This document shows, piece by piece, positions 42,720 to 56,314 of a stretch of DNA of 64,000 bases. Under the pieces are notes generated by a model, which was given only the letters and a program-made list of their open reading frames with translations, had not been told where the DNA came from and did not search any database. The position numbers and the translations under genes were made by a program. How positions within the stretch are numbered: position 1 is the first letter of the stretch; each line of letters starts with the position of its first letter. The stretch comes from Adineta vaga. Taxonomy: Eukaryota; Animalia; Rotifera. The stretch spans positions 2,356,001 through 2,420,000 of the forward strand of contig CP075495.1 of the NCBI GenBank assembly GCA_021613535.1, written 5' to 3'.

Positions 42720-44458
42720 ATGGATATACAGGAAAATGAGGTATGCAATTTTCTTAATGATTTATTATAAAACTAGACAGAAAAAGAAAACTAGAGAAAA
42801 ACGTTTCTTTCTTCTATTTTGACATTAACTATAGTTATAACTATCGAGATTGGAAGATAAAAGATAAAACAGACGTTTTCTTTTTTGTTTATATATGATT
42901 ATTAAATGCACGTTGAAATTATATTTAGTTCTGGTTATTTTAACAGATTAAACTGTATGTAACTATTGTTGATATATAAATATATAAGTTGTTTTTTTCC
43001 TAATCGTGTTAAGTTACTGAATTTGTATATCTCATATTCTATTTCGAATTTAGAATTCATGTTGATTTCTAAAGATAGATTCAGTGTCATATGAACACAA
43101 ATATCTAATGAAGAAGAAAAGAATATCAAATACATGTTTTGATCAGTCTGAATATTAATCATATGTTATTTTCTTGAATAAAACGTTTTTATTCGTAATC
43201 AATCTTTCTCTTCGTACACGATGGGAATTTTCTTCTTCTTTTTCTCTTTTTGTTAACAATGTTTCTCACTTTAACCGATCATAAAACACGCAAAAACCAT
43301 GCACGAGTTGATACCTGATGTTATTGACACTTTCTTTCTTTTTTTCTTCATATACTTCGACAGTAATTTTCAGCGTTTGTAGTCTTTTTTTCCCCGGTTT
43401 CCTCTCCCTCTCTCCATTGCATTTCCTTTCATCAAGTTCGTCAAAATAACTGCATTTTGACAACTGAAGTCTTTGTCTTTTGTATCAAAGTCCAAAGAAC
43501 ATATGACCTATGAGAAGCTTAGTTTACGACTTTCTTTTCCACTTCAATAGTTAATAAAAAAATATCTAAAGAAAATTCGTCTTTTATTTAGGATTTTGAC
43601 GGATCATTCGTCGTGCCGAATAGCCCCAAACCAATCAATATGACTGATCAAGATACACGTTATCGTCTTGTTCTACTAGGAGCTAGTCGAACAGGCAAAT
43701 CCTCTATAATTCAAATGTTTCTAAATGGAAAATTTCTCGATACATACAAAGAAACTGTAGAAGATTTACATTATCGAGAATTTACTGTTGATGAAAAAAC
43801 TATCAAAGTTGATATATTAGATACAGCAGGTAGAGAAAAGACCAATGATTTATTTTCAATCATTATTATTCTCTTTCTAGGTAATATGGAATTTCCTGCA
43901 ATGCGTCGTTTATCCATAGCAACATCACATGCATTCATACTTGTTTATAGTAAATTGAATCTATTCTTTTATTTTCTTATCAATAGATTTTCTCTAGGTG
44001 TGGATAGTATGTCATCATTTGAAGAAATTCGTCATATAATTGAACAAATTAAAGAACAACGCACAAATTATGCGGAAATTCCGATTGTTATTGTTGGAAA
44101 TAAAACTGATCGAACATCAGTACGTGAAGTTGAAGAACAACATGTTCAAACAATGCTCAATGAACTTGGCCCATTGCACTGTCGTTTTACTGAATGTACA
44201 GCATTAGATCGTGCATCGACAATTGATATCTTTCTCAAATTACTCAGTCTTGTTCAATTATCAGCAGCAAGACAATTAAGTCCTATTCTACGACGAAAAG
44301 TTAGTGAACGATTGAAGAAAAAAGAATTCGAAGATAAAAGTGACAAAAGTATTAATCGTAGTCGAAGTCTTATACGACGAACATCTATGAAAAAGAAACC
44401 AACATCATCTACTGGTGATAAAAATTCACCTGAAACGCCTGATTGTTTAGTTTCTTAA
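42720..44458 (+). CDS. RASD: RASD family (Dexras1/Rhes-like) small GTPase
   Basis: Exon 1 MDIQENE (42720-42740) splices to 43592. P-loop GASRTGKS, effector TVEDLH, DTAGNMEFPAMRRLSI, NKTD, basic C-terminal extension and CAAX box CLVS. Introns 43830-43880 and 43950-43997 are in frame and are read through in the ORF track. Confidence 0.9.
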
Positions 44459-44661
44459 GGTGAAGAGAAAATTCTTTGCCGTCTGTCTATATATTATATA
44501 CGTCTTTATATTTCAACCTATTTTCCTTTCTTTGTCTTTTCTTTTCTGCAATAAAATACTATTTATCAAACATAAACAACAGATCTTTTATTTTCATTAG
44601 AAAAGCTTTGTGTGTGTGTGTTTTTCTGTCTTCATATATATATATATATATTAATTCTTTT

Positions 44662-47277
44662 CTAAACAGATATATTGTTTGTTCTTGCCCATGATCGCAT
44701 TACTCTAATCATTTGATCTCCTAGAAGAAGAAAAAGCAACATAGTAGATTTATATCATCAATCTATTTTTACCTTGAGAATGGTTTGTATTTCGTAATAA
44801 TGTTAAAAGATCACGTAGTGTATTTCTAATAGTATGAATAAAATTCTTCTAATTAAAACATTGCTTTTTCTTCTTCTTACCTCGATTCTTGTCCAACGAT
44901 AATTTGTTGAAAAGTTCCTGCACAAGCACCATGTTTACCATCTCGATAAGATGAATTAGGATCCAGACGTTCCAAAATATCAAAAGCACGAGCAGCATAA
45001 AAATACTTTTCACACTAAACAAAATTTTGAATAATATAAAATTTCTTCACATTCTATTTACTTTATAACAATCATTTGCAATCAATTGAAGTAATGAAAA
45101 TGATTCTTTTGAATGTTCTAATTTCAAATATAATTCCCAGGCAAATCGTGCTTTATTATTATAAATATAACATCGTGTTAACCATGATAAATAAATGTAA
45201 TTAGATTTGATTGTTTCATTTTGAATAAGATGAAATGCCTTTTTATACATGAGAATAGATACATTATGAGAAATTTCATGCTCTATTCTTTTACTTCTTC
45301 TGCTTCAATCCATTTCTCTTCAGACGCTTTCGCTTGTGCATAATTAAAATTGAATATATCATCATTAGAAAAATATGTCTAATGAAAGAAAGAATACTAA
45401 TTAGGAAGAAAAAAACTACATTAAAATTTGATGAAATTCAACAAACTTTAATCGAATTTAAGTACACAAGAACATCATAAAAACGTTTATGAAGAAAATA
45501 ACAAGCAGCCATACATTGTCGTCCTGAAATCGTATCTGAAAATAATCGATTTCTAATAGACATGACTTTTTTTTTTCAAATATTAATTTCACACTTCAAA
45601 AAGAATATTTTCCATAATTTTGATTATCAAATGTGAAATTATAAAGTATTGCTAGATCACACTTACCACATTCATTTGGTGAACTACCAATGTGTTGGAA
45701 ATAGGTTTGAGCATGTTTTATATGTTCATACTAAAATAAACCCATATTTATTTCTAATTTCAAGAGAAATGAAAGTAAATAATATTACTGAACGATGTTC
45801 TTGTCCATAAACAGCATTAACTACACCTTTTAAAATATATTCAATTGTATTTTTTGGTTGAATATTTTCTATTAACTCAAAAGCTTGTTGGAAATTATCT
45901 AGAAGAATATTTTCATTGAAAAAATGATTTTATGACTAAATATATACTTTGTTTAAGATTATAAATAACTAAATTATAACGTGCTTGAGGAATAACATCG
46001 ATTAATTGAGTTAATACTTGTAATGCACGATCATCATTTTGAAAAACAATCTTGAAATTTTCAAATAGACAAAGAAAGTATTTCTTGCATCAATCTTACC
46101 ATATTATGTTGAAATAATTCCTTTCCATAATGAAATGATGTATTGATTTTGTCGAGAAAATGTTTTAAATCATTCTAAATATTTCTTATAACTTTTAATC
46201 TGAATTTGAGATTCTCTTACTTCTGCTCTTTTTCTATTGTATAATTTATATTGAATACATGCTTGAATGTTAATTGCTATTGGTGAATCAGGATATTTTT
46301 TCAAATAGACATCAAGTAATTCTTGAGACATATCATAATAATCTAATTTGTAATAACAAAATGATATATAAACATTCAATGCAAGATAATTTCTAAAAAA
46401 AGAAATCAAATTTTTAGTTTTTTGTTTTCTTTTTGAAATTGAGACAAAAACTATAAGTACCGATTTTCAACTAAATAACGTTTATAAATATCAAGTGCTT
46501 TTTGATATTGATTTTTCATATAGTTTATACTGGCAAGACACATTTGATCTTGAATATTATCTTGTAATTGTTTTTGAAAATATTCAAATTTATCCTCATG
46601 ATTTTGTTTATATGCAATATGATATAAAAGTCGTATTTGTAAAGATGATTTTGAACCTATTTTTACAAATGATATAAATCAATAAGAATGGTATTTTGCT
46701 TTTTTTTCTTTTAAAACCTTTCAATGCAGTTTGTTCGGCTTGTTCATAATTATCCAACATAAAATAACAACAAGCAAGATAGATGTAGATTTCATTACTT
46801 TGTGAATCATTTTTTAGAAGATTTTCATATTCCTATCGAGCGAAAAGATGTCAATTAAAATATTTAAGAACTTTTTAAACTATAAAATTAGATACATCTC
46901 GGATTGTTTTCTACTTACATCTTTAGCACGTTGATAATCTCCGGCATGAAAGGCAGCAAATGCAAGCCAAAGATCAAGATCTTGAATATCTGTTCGATTT
47001 TCTCGACAAAACTACGTAGAAGATCAGGAAAAAATAAGGTTCATACATAATCTATGAATTTCAATATAATACGTCAAGAAAAGCAATTGCACCAGTATAA
47101 TCACGTTGAGTAATCAAATCTTCCAATTCAATTGTATTCTTTTTCGATTTATCTGAATTAGATGTAGTTGCTTTTTTCTTCGAATCTCCGACGGATTTCG
47201 TACGTGAAAGTATCTATTATCAACATTGAAAGGATTAGGTATTCATTTCTTATTCCATGACTATCTTGACTTACCAT
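44662..47277 (-). CDS. IFT56: Intraflagellar transport protein 56 (TTC26/DYF-13), multi-exon
   Basis: MILSRTK...[95 protein letters not shown]. Confidence 0.94.
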
Positions 47278-47361
47278 ATCGATTCTTTGATAGCAAAAGA
47301 AAATGATGGAGAAGAAGAAGAAGAAGAAGAAGTAACATTATCTATTCCATAGATAATGAAT

Positions 47362-47374
47362 TTCGCCATGCAAC
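47362..47374. promoter_or_regulatory. Degenerate X-box (RFX)-like element upstream of IFT56
   Basis: TTCGCC-A-TGCAAC, two mismatches to GTNRCC-N0-3-RGYAAC, about 90 nt upstream of a ciliary gene's ATG. Confidence 0.3.
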
Positions 47375-47936
47375 ACCTCTAGATCCGTTTACTATCGACA
47401 TGAATAGGTGTCGCATGCCTGATTATGAGAAAAGAAGAAGACTAAGAATAAGCTCTCTTTGAAAAAGACATTCATGCGATGTGTAATCAAGATTTATTCA
47501 TGGTGATTGCACATTAATAAAAATATCTTATGATTTCTTTTTCATAATCACAACGTAGGAAAACCACATTTTCTCATCATTAAAAATAGAAGAATTCAAT
47601 TGGAAAATCATAAATTAAATTTATATTTCACTATTAAATGAGTTTCTTTAGCACAATATTGTATCTGACTGTTGCCTAAGATGAAACTATATATTCAAGA
47701 GTCTCTCATACAACTCATATTGAAATTAAGAATAGGAACATAAACACTAGATTTTATTTCTATGAAAAAAAACATGTCAAGATGTATTCAGTATTGAATG
47801 AAATTTAATGAGTAAATATGAAATAATACGATCAATTTTATTTCTGTATACATTTCTAAATATGAAAACTAAACTAATCATTAGCTTTCGTTTATATTGT
47901 CAAAAAACAAAAAGATTGACATAAAACAAAGAACTC

Positions 47937-50900
47937 TTAACAGATAACTTCACATGAACTTGTTGCATCCTAGAAGAAAAACAATTGAAATAGAAGTTTT
48001 ATCTTATAATATCTCTCATACTTTGCATTGACAAATAAGACATTGATGCACATGCCATTTTGTACCATTTTCATGTATTTTTCTTGTATTTTGATCATAA
48101 CAATGTGTACCTGTCGTTAAACGTTTATCAAATGATGCAAACTAAGTTTCAAAAGATAAAGAGTAAAATTAATTTCAATAAAATAAAGATATTTTTTCAA
48201 TAAAACCTTTTGTAAAACATCATCAACTTGTTGACGAAGTTTTTGTAAATCTAATTGATCATCTTTGGTTACTTGTTGTTGTTGTTCTTCTTTGTCTTCA
48301 TCTTCTTCAACTTCACGTTTTTGTCGTGATACTGTATCGATTGTTGATGGTCGATAATTAGGAAATGGATCAAATGAAAGAATAGCAGGTGTATTACAAA
48401 CTAAGCAAAATAGATCATATTTCATATGAAATTAAATTCTTCTTTCAAACCTGCATTCTGTCCAATCATATTATCTTGACAACATCCTCGCCATGGTTCA
48501 AGATTAATGTCTTCAATACTTGAACATGATACATAATCACGTGGATACATCGCATTAAGAAAAACATTCTGCGGAATACGATCAATACGATCACCATTTT
48601 CACAAAGAACTTTTGCTAAGGAAGTCTTTTGTAAAGATTTCATTTGTTCCGATGTAAATATATCAGATTTTTCATGCCAATATCTATGAAATAGAATATA
48701 AATCTTTCGTTTTAAGAAAAAGAAAAAAAATGTTTACCTATCACCATCTCGTAATGCTTTGAATTGTTTTATAATTAAACATCGAAAAAGGGGACCAACT
48801 TTGGCACCTGGTAAATTATCTTCTAATATTCCACCAACCCAAACATCAATATTATCGACATGTTTATAAACATCACGTAAAATTTTTCGAGTTTGTTCAT
48901 CTTTAATATCTTCACGTAAATCATCAAAATCTTTGATTTCATTCGGAGGTAAATGACACAATTTTCTCCATTCTGTATACGATTGTAAACCATGATCACG
49001 ACTACGTTGAATATTAGCTGCAGCTAAATCCAATGATATAGCACGTGTTACATGAAATAAACGTTCTGTCAATTCAACATTAAGAATTTCTTGAGGTAAT
49101 TTGATCTTTGCTGGTACACCGAACATACCACGTATAAGTGGATCAATACCACCTTGTTCTTTCACACGCCATGGTGAAAAAAATGCATCGCGAAGAAGTA
49201 GATTACCTTCTGGAATTGGTTCAAGACTGGCATTCAAACGATAAAATACAGGATTAATTAAACCATGACCGAAACTAAAAGATATAAAACAAAAAATGAA
49301 AATATTTGACTTGAATATCGAATTGATTTACCGAAATGCAGCTGTAGCAAAGACATTAGAAATAGTTGGATTAATATTACGACGATAGCCTTTATATGTA
49401 CCAAGCATATTCATTCCTTCATCACCAACAATGTATGGTAACCAATGTTTATATGTTATAATTTGTAATTGTGCTTCAATAATTTTTCGTGTTTCTTGAT
49501 AAACCTGTTCATCGGACCATTCGGGATTGATTGAACTCATACGTTTAGCTAAACGATTATGTTGACGTACCCAAATTGTATGCATAGCAATTAAAGCTAC
49601 TTGTTCATTAACTCGATGATCTTGAATAAATGGAAAGGCAAATTATTAGTAAAGAAATAATCTATTTCACATACCTCCAGCAAGAAAACAACCAATTTGT
49701 GAAGCTTGTCGATCACGTTGACAATCAACGGGTGTGTCGGTACTGAATGGGAGTAGACCTTTTGGAAACTGTGGTGTACTTTCAAAAACAAAAGAAATGA
49801 AGTTAAGAATTTCGAAAAAAAAATTAATTTTTTCTTCTACCTATGAATTCGAAGTAGACCTTTGCCTGAACTACGTTCTCGTAAATCCCAAGCATCCTGA
49901 ACAGTTGAACCATAAACATTTGATGCATCAAAAAATGATGTTAAAGAGTTGATTTGTTCACGTCGATAAGGTAAATGAAGAAATGATGTTTCACCACTTA
50001 AACAGATCGCTGCTGAACGAACAAATTCTAAACATGAACCACGTTCTTCACGTAAATGATCATCATCAGGTACACGAATTGGATAACACGGTGGTTCAAA
50101 TGAGCATGATGACAAACAACGAAGACTATCAGAAAAACGTGTATTACTCGTCGCTTGTACTGTCAATGACATATCATGATCTAAAATTGAAAAATAAAAT
50201 TTCATTCTTTTTCAAAAACATAAAATTTTTCACCTTGAAATTGACCCCATTGCATAAGCATATGAGTAAAAGCTGGATCAGGTGTAATCGTTTTTGTTGC
50301 AATCAATCTTGATGATACTTCACGTGCAGATGGTAAGATAAAACCATTGTATAATTTACTTGTATTCCAACCACGTGGAGTATTAAAACCATTTTCATAT
50401 TGTGCATGTAACCAACGTGATAAAGCTGTTAATGATGCACCCCAAAATGGTTGTTTTAAATTATTACATGTACCATCAGCAGTACGATAGGCCATACATT
50501 TTTCGTTACATTGAGATTTTAATTGATGTACAACACAACCAGATACAAGTGCAAGACGTTCTAATTGACGTGATGTTAGCAATTGATCAGGTCGAAAATC
50601 TATAACAAAATAAAATATTGATTTAATCTTGTTGAAATTTAATTGTTCATTAATTACCAATAGTACGCATTTCATTTCTTGCATTTTCATGAGAAAATGT
50701 TATATTATCCACATAACGATGAACAAGATCGAGAGCTCGTTCGAAAATATCTTCCGTTTTTGCTAAAGTTAATTGTAATGGTTTGGGAAATTTCATGAGT
50801 GACATTAAATCTCCTGGTGTTCGAGGTCGACGACGATCTTGTAAATGACGAACAGTTTCAGCAACGGCACGATTGACTTCTAAAGATGCTTGTTGTACTA

Positions 50901-52199
50901 AACGATCGATCAATTCATCAGTGATTTGATTATCATCTAGATTAATCGAGGATGTTTTTTGATACAAGATAATCATGAAAACTTACTAACTACGTTCATC
51001 CAAAATGAATGAATATCACTGCCTGCATAATTTTTTGCTTCACATGTATAATAACCTGATTGATTAGCCATGACATGAGGTAGTAGAAGTGATCCATCAT
51101 CTTTTAAGATATATTGCATGTTATATTGAATAGGTATACTATCACGAAACCATTCTATTTTTGGTTCTGGCTCTCCTGTTGCTCTACATTCTAGTTCAAC
51201 AGATGCACCATCATACGTAGTTAAATTTGACATACGTCGTGAGAGTAATGGTGGTGCTGTAGAAGATTTTGTATTCAAAAGAGAGAAGATATTGAACAAA
51301 TAAAGCTCTTACTAGGATCTCGAACACGAAGATCAGTAGCAGCAGATATACGTTGAAGAGAATTTTCTGCTACACAAGTGTAAAGACCTGTATCTTCATT
51401 TCTCAATTCACGAATACGTAAAATTTGACCATCTTCAAGTAATTGCATACGATGTGATTGTCGAATCATTGTATCTACATAGTTTCATAGAAAACGAATG
51501 GTATATAGTAAAACTATCTATGTAATTACGTGATTTATGCCAAGTAATTTTTGGTTTTGGACTACCATGAACTCGACATTGTAATTCAACAGTTAAATTT
51601 TTCAAACCAACACGGTATGTATCTGGTAATGGAGTAAAACGAGGTGGAACTAGAAAGTAATTAGTTATAGAAAACTCTAGCGTCCATCGTAATGAATAGC
51701 TTACAAAGTACAGTCAAACTTGCAGATGCTGTTTTCATTTCTACTGCATTACGTATTGTACAAGCATATGTTGCGTCATCACTTTCATCAACGCTCAAAA
51801 TTTGAAGATGTTGATTTGTAATAAAATGTTTTGAACTCGTGCCGATTGGTGTATCATTCTAGATAGGGAAAGATAGATAGAGAGTTATTGTTTAGATGAA
51901 AATCGAATGATATACTTTCGACCAAATAATTGGACTTGATGATGAACTGCAATAGAATATAGCATGATTACCGAGTGGAATCTTTATGGATTGTGGTCGA
52001 CGCGAAAATACTAATGGTTCTTGAATTTTAACAAAAATAGACTCAATCTTATGGATAAAATCTATCTGAAGTTAAACATACCTGTTCGTACCGGTTGTTC
52101 AGCTTCGTAATCATCATAATCATCATTATTAGGTGATTGAGAATTTACATAGGCAATAACACAGATAGAGATAATCCAAAAGATATATTTCGAGTACAT
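47937..52199 (-). CDS. PXDN: Peroxidasin-like heme peroxidase: signal peptide, 3 Ig, peroxidase, partial vWC, no LRRs
   Basis: MYSKYIFWIISICVIAYVNS signal peptide; three Ig domains; YRTADGTCNNL; MQWGQF/LDHD distal His; GDHRVNEQ; AAFRFGH proximal His; LDLAAANIQRSRDHGL; RQKR convertase site; truncated vWC (NGTKW...CLICQCKDATSSCEVIC*). Confidence 0.93.
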
Positions 52200-52803
52200 T
52201 TTCTCTCCAGTCTATAAACGACTAAAGCTTATATCATGGAATCATACATGATATTAATAAAGAAAAACAGGCAATGTAATCTATCTCTTATCTTCTTTCT
52301 GTCTCTATCTCTCTATTTCCTGTGGGCTTTTTTCTGTATGATAGATAATGAATGTACATATCAGATTGGATAGATGAGCTTATGTGTCTGTATTTCTATA
52401 AGTACAGAGAAACGAAGGAAATAATATTACTAATAAAGATCAAAAAGCTGTTGAAAATATCTGTAGAGTGTAAATGAATTTTGTAAACAATGATAGATGC
52501 ATTATCTTTCCGTGCATTTATGGAACTAGTTGATGATATACATAGACTTTTCTGGTATAACGCCAACGAGAAAAGGAAATATGACGTCAAAGAAATGTTG
52601 ATATGTTCTCTTAGTATAAATTTTTGACTTTCAAATCTTTCCATATTTACAACTGAACTAAGAATTCATTTCATTCTTGGTTACCATCAACATTTATTTG
52701 TTTAAGACCAGAGAAAAAAAATACATATACAATCTTTTAGAAAGAAAAAAAAATAATATCATTGCATATCTGACATGAGAAAAAAGACGAGTATCTAGTT
52801 GAT

Positions 52804-54464
52804 TTATGCTCGACATAATTGATGCATCACCGTACAGAGAAAATCCATTAATTGTAAATATTCATCAGCACCATCGAGTAAACATCCATCGACAATCTAA
52901 GTTAAATATTTAATTGAATACAAAGTTTTACAAAATCATTCACAATGCTCCTTGTCTTACCGCTATTTTTTCGAAAATAATCGCTTTTTGTTCATTAGCT
53001 AATGCCATTTGTCCCAAAATATACTCATGTAATTGTAATAATAATTGATGAGCTGCATAACCTTCTAATAGTACATTCTAGGAGAAGAAAAACGTATAAA
53101 AATATCATTGATAAAGACATATCCTAGTTCGTTTTTGTTTACCTTAACAGTTGTTGCTAATTTTTCATAAGAACCTGCATGGCATACTTGAAAGAGACTC
53201 GCAATAACATCATCCGGAATGACCTACATATTTCATAAAGAGAGAATTTCTTCATTGCAAACAATCATCTCGATTACGTACACCAGTTATTTCATGTACA
53301 TCTTTTGCTGTGATTGTCAGATTTGTACGGAATCGAGCAACACTTTGTAAAAATGTTACTGCTTTACGCATATCACCTTCTGTACATTTAACTAATTCAC
53401 AAATGGCCTAATAAATAAAAACATTCCGATATGCATTTGTCTAAGAAAGAAAATTACAACAAACCTCCGATTCACAATGAACATTTTCATTATTGCAAAT
53501 CGCTTGTAAACGTTGTTCAATAATGTCATTGCTTAAAGGTTTAAAACGAAATTTTGCACAACGACTTGTTATTGGATCAATAATTCTTGAATAGAAAAGT
53601 TCAAATTTATGATTTGAAAGAAAATTCATTTCTTACCGACTGATATAATTACAAATTAAACAAAATCTTGTTGTTTTAGATTCACGTTCCATTGTTCGAC
53701 GAAGTGCAGCCTACGAAAAAGTTTGATAGATATATAAAAACTCAGATTCATGAAAGATTTCTTTATTACTTGAGCAGCTTTTGTCATGGAATCGCATTCA
53801 TCAAGAATAATCAATTTAAATGGTGGACAATAAACACCACTATATAATTATTTTAAAAAAAACGATATTTTCTTAGAAAAATCTTACTCAGTACGTGTTG
53901 CTATGACTGAAAATTGTGCAAATTTTTTCACTTTTTCACGTATGACATTAATACCACGTTCATCAGAAGAATTCAATTCCATAACTCGATCTCGAAATAA
54001 TTGAGGACTAACAAAATAAGAAATCTACACAAATCTATGATATGATTAAGTCTACCCAAAAAGTTCATGTGCAGCAGCAAGAATCGTACTCGTTTTACCA
54101 GTACCTGGTGGTCCATAGAATAGCAAATTAGGAAACTAAATTCAAATGATTCATATAGAAAATAAATCATTCATTGTCTGTACATACATCACTTCCAGCA
54201 AGACATTTAGTTAAAACTGCAACAACTTCATCTTGATAAGCAACATCGCTAACTTTCTTTGGTCGACTAGAAAAGATAAAATTAAGAAGAATCATTCAAT
54301 CGAAATCGATAATCTTACTATTTTTCAACCCATGGAACTAAACGATCTGGTTTGGCTTGATTCTCTTTATTTCCTTCTGATTTTTTTGTTGGCGATGATG
54401 AAACTGGATTTTTTGTAAACATCGCCGGTACGACGGTTTTCTTTGTCACTGATTTTTTCGACAT
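52804..54464 (-). CDS. RFC4: Replication factor C subunit 4 (37 kDa; yeast Rfc2 type)
   Basis: [66 protein letters not shown] motif, C-terminal DGADEYLQL. Confidence 0.93.
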
Positions 54465-54576
54465 ACTGACGAAATAAAGAAAATTATCTAAAAATAAACA
54501 AAATCCCATCAAATACGATATATTTTTTTCGGTAGAAAGAAAAACGAGATTAAATAACAATAATAAATAAAACATT

Positions 54577-55289
54577 TTAACTCGATAATCGTTGTAATTC
54601 TTGTATTAATCGTTTAATCCCAACGATAAATCGAACAACCTATAAGTAAACAAAATAACGTTCTCGTTAATCATGTTTGATTAAATATAAATGTCTTACT
54701 TCTGAACTTGCGTTTCGAACTAAAAGAATATGTAAATCAAATGCTTGTTGTATTTGATTTGAACGAAGTTCTTGAAAAATATTTGATAATGTTTGTTTCG
54801 TATTGGAGGATAATTTATTTTGAGACCATTCATCAAGCATAATTTGAAATTTTTTCATGATATCTTCGAGAATTTTTTTCTAAAAAGAAAATCATGTTTT
54901 GTTTTTTCGTCTCCAATATGAAAATATTTACTTCAACATTTGATAATTTTTCAATTTGTTTTTGAAATATTTCATTCATTTCTTCAATACTTAATAATTC
55001 TGTTTGTATCGAAGTAGTATCATCTGTAGATTCTGTTGTTGCTGATGCTGATAAAGTTGGCGGTGGAACCATTAGCACATTCGTCGCTAAAACAGATATA
55101 AATATACATTGGATAAAAATGATTCGATTTGCGAGTCCTACGATTATTTGTTGATGTTAAATCTTGATTAGTAAATGGAACACGTTTATTAAGTAGAACA
55201 CGTCTTGTTGACATATTATCGGATAATGTAAGATTAGCTGGTGGATCATTCCATCCATCAAGATTGGTAGGTTTATTTGTTGAATTCAT
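54577..55289 (-). CDS. SRA1: Steroid receptor RNA activator protein (SRAP)
   Basis: N-terminal GWNDPP and RRVLLNKRV; C-terminal helical domain EWSQNKLS...AFDLHILL...FIVGIKRLI. Confidence 0.88.
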
Positions 55290-55486
55290 CTGAATATTTC
55301 ATAAGAGAAATATAAAGAAAAAAAATTGATTATAGATCATGTTGTTTATTTCAGACAAAAAAAAATCTACGAGTTAAAGTTGTTACAGAGGACAAAAGGG
55401 GAGAGAGAGAAAGAGACAGAGCAAAAAAAGAAGGAATCAATGTTCTCTAAGATATGTTGGAAAAACGGATTGATACGCTATTGAAT

Positions 55487-56067
55487 TTAATCGACGTTGT
55501 CTTTGTAAAGTAATTTGAGAACTAAAATTATAAAGAAAAAGAAAGATTTGATAAACTTTTGATGAGAATGAATGGTTCATTTACGTTTAAGACGATCTTT
55601 AGCTTTCAAATGATTGTATACACTTGAAGTTACTTGAAAGAGTACATAAGCAACGATAACACCTTGAACGGCAAATAAGAGTTTGTCGCGTGGCATCATT
55701 ACCCATGTTGGTGTTGTTTTATTTCTCTAAAGGAAGAATTCGATCAATGGAAAAGGTTCTTAATAATCAAAATCATATTTACTAGAGCAAAAAGTTGTAA
55801 TTCTTGAATATGACGAGTACGGTTTTCAACATATTTATCAAGTGTACCTTTTGTACGTTTGACTTGTGTGATTGTATCTGTATCGCCTTTATATGGTGTA
55901 CGCCAAAGATTTACACCTTCCCATGGTGCTCCATGTCCATCATGACCATGACCATGACCACCTGAAACTGCTCCATGTGCTGATGTTGGAGCTACGGTAT
56001 GAGCACCGGCTACTGAACCTGAACCGGTCGTAGCGGTTTTTGTTGAAAGAAAACGAAAGAGTGACAT
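55487..56067 (-). CDS. Small mitochondrial single-pass protein, probably cytochrome c oxidase subunit 7A-like
   Basis: Three exons. MSLFRFLSTK resembles a targeting peptide; GHGHGHDGHG segment; IQELQLFALRNKTTPTWVMMPRDKLLFAV followed by one TM, loosely resembling COX7A. Family call is tentative. Confidence 0.55.
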
Positions 56068-56314
56068 TTTTTGCTTCGGTATCACCGAAACTCTACAATA
56101 AAAAGAGAAAACAATTAAAATTATTCAAGTTTTTCTTTGCTTATTTTTATCCAATCAATTTTTTTCTTTTCTTTTCTTTTCTCTTATAAAAATATCAACA
56201 CTCTAGATAGAACTAGGCGAGAAGAAAAAAACGACCTGTTTGCCTCTAATGTCATCTAAAAAGATATCCATATACATTCTCATAGAATTAAATAGGAAAA
56301 AAACATACTTGAGA

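Noticed and set aside
49734-50605. Plus-strand ORFs overlapping peroxidasin
   Set aside because: Antisense shadows of coding exons.
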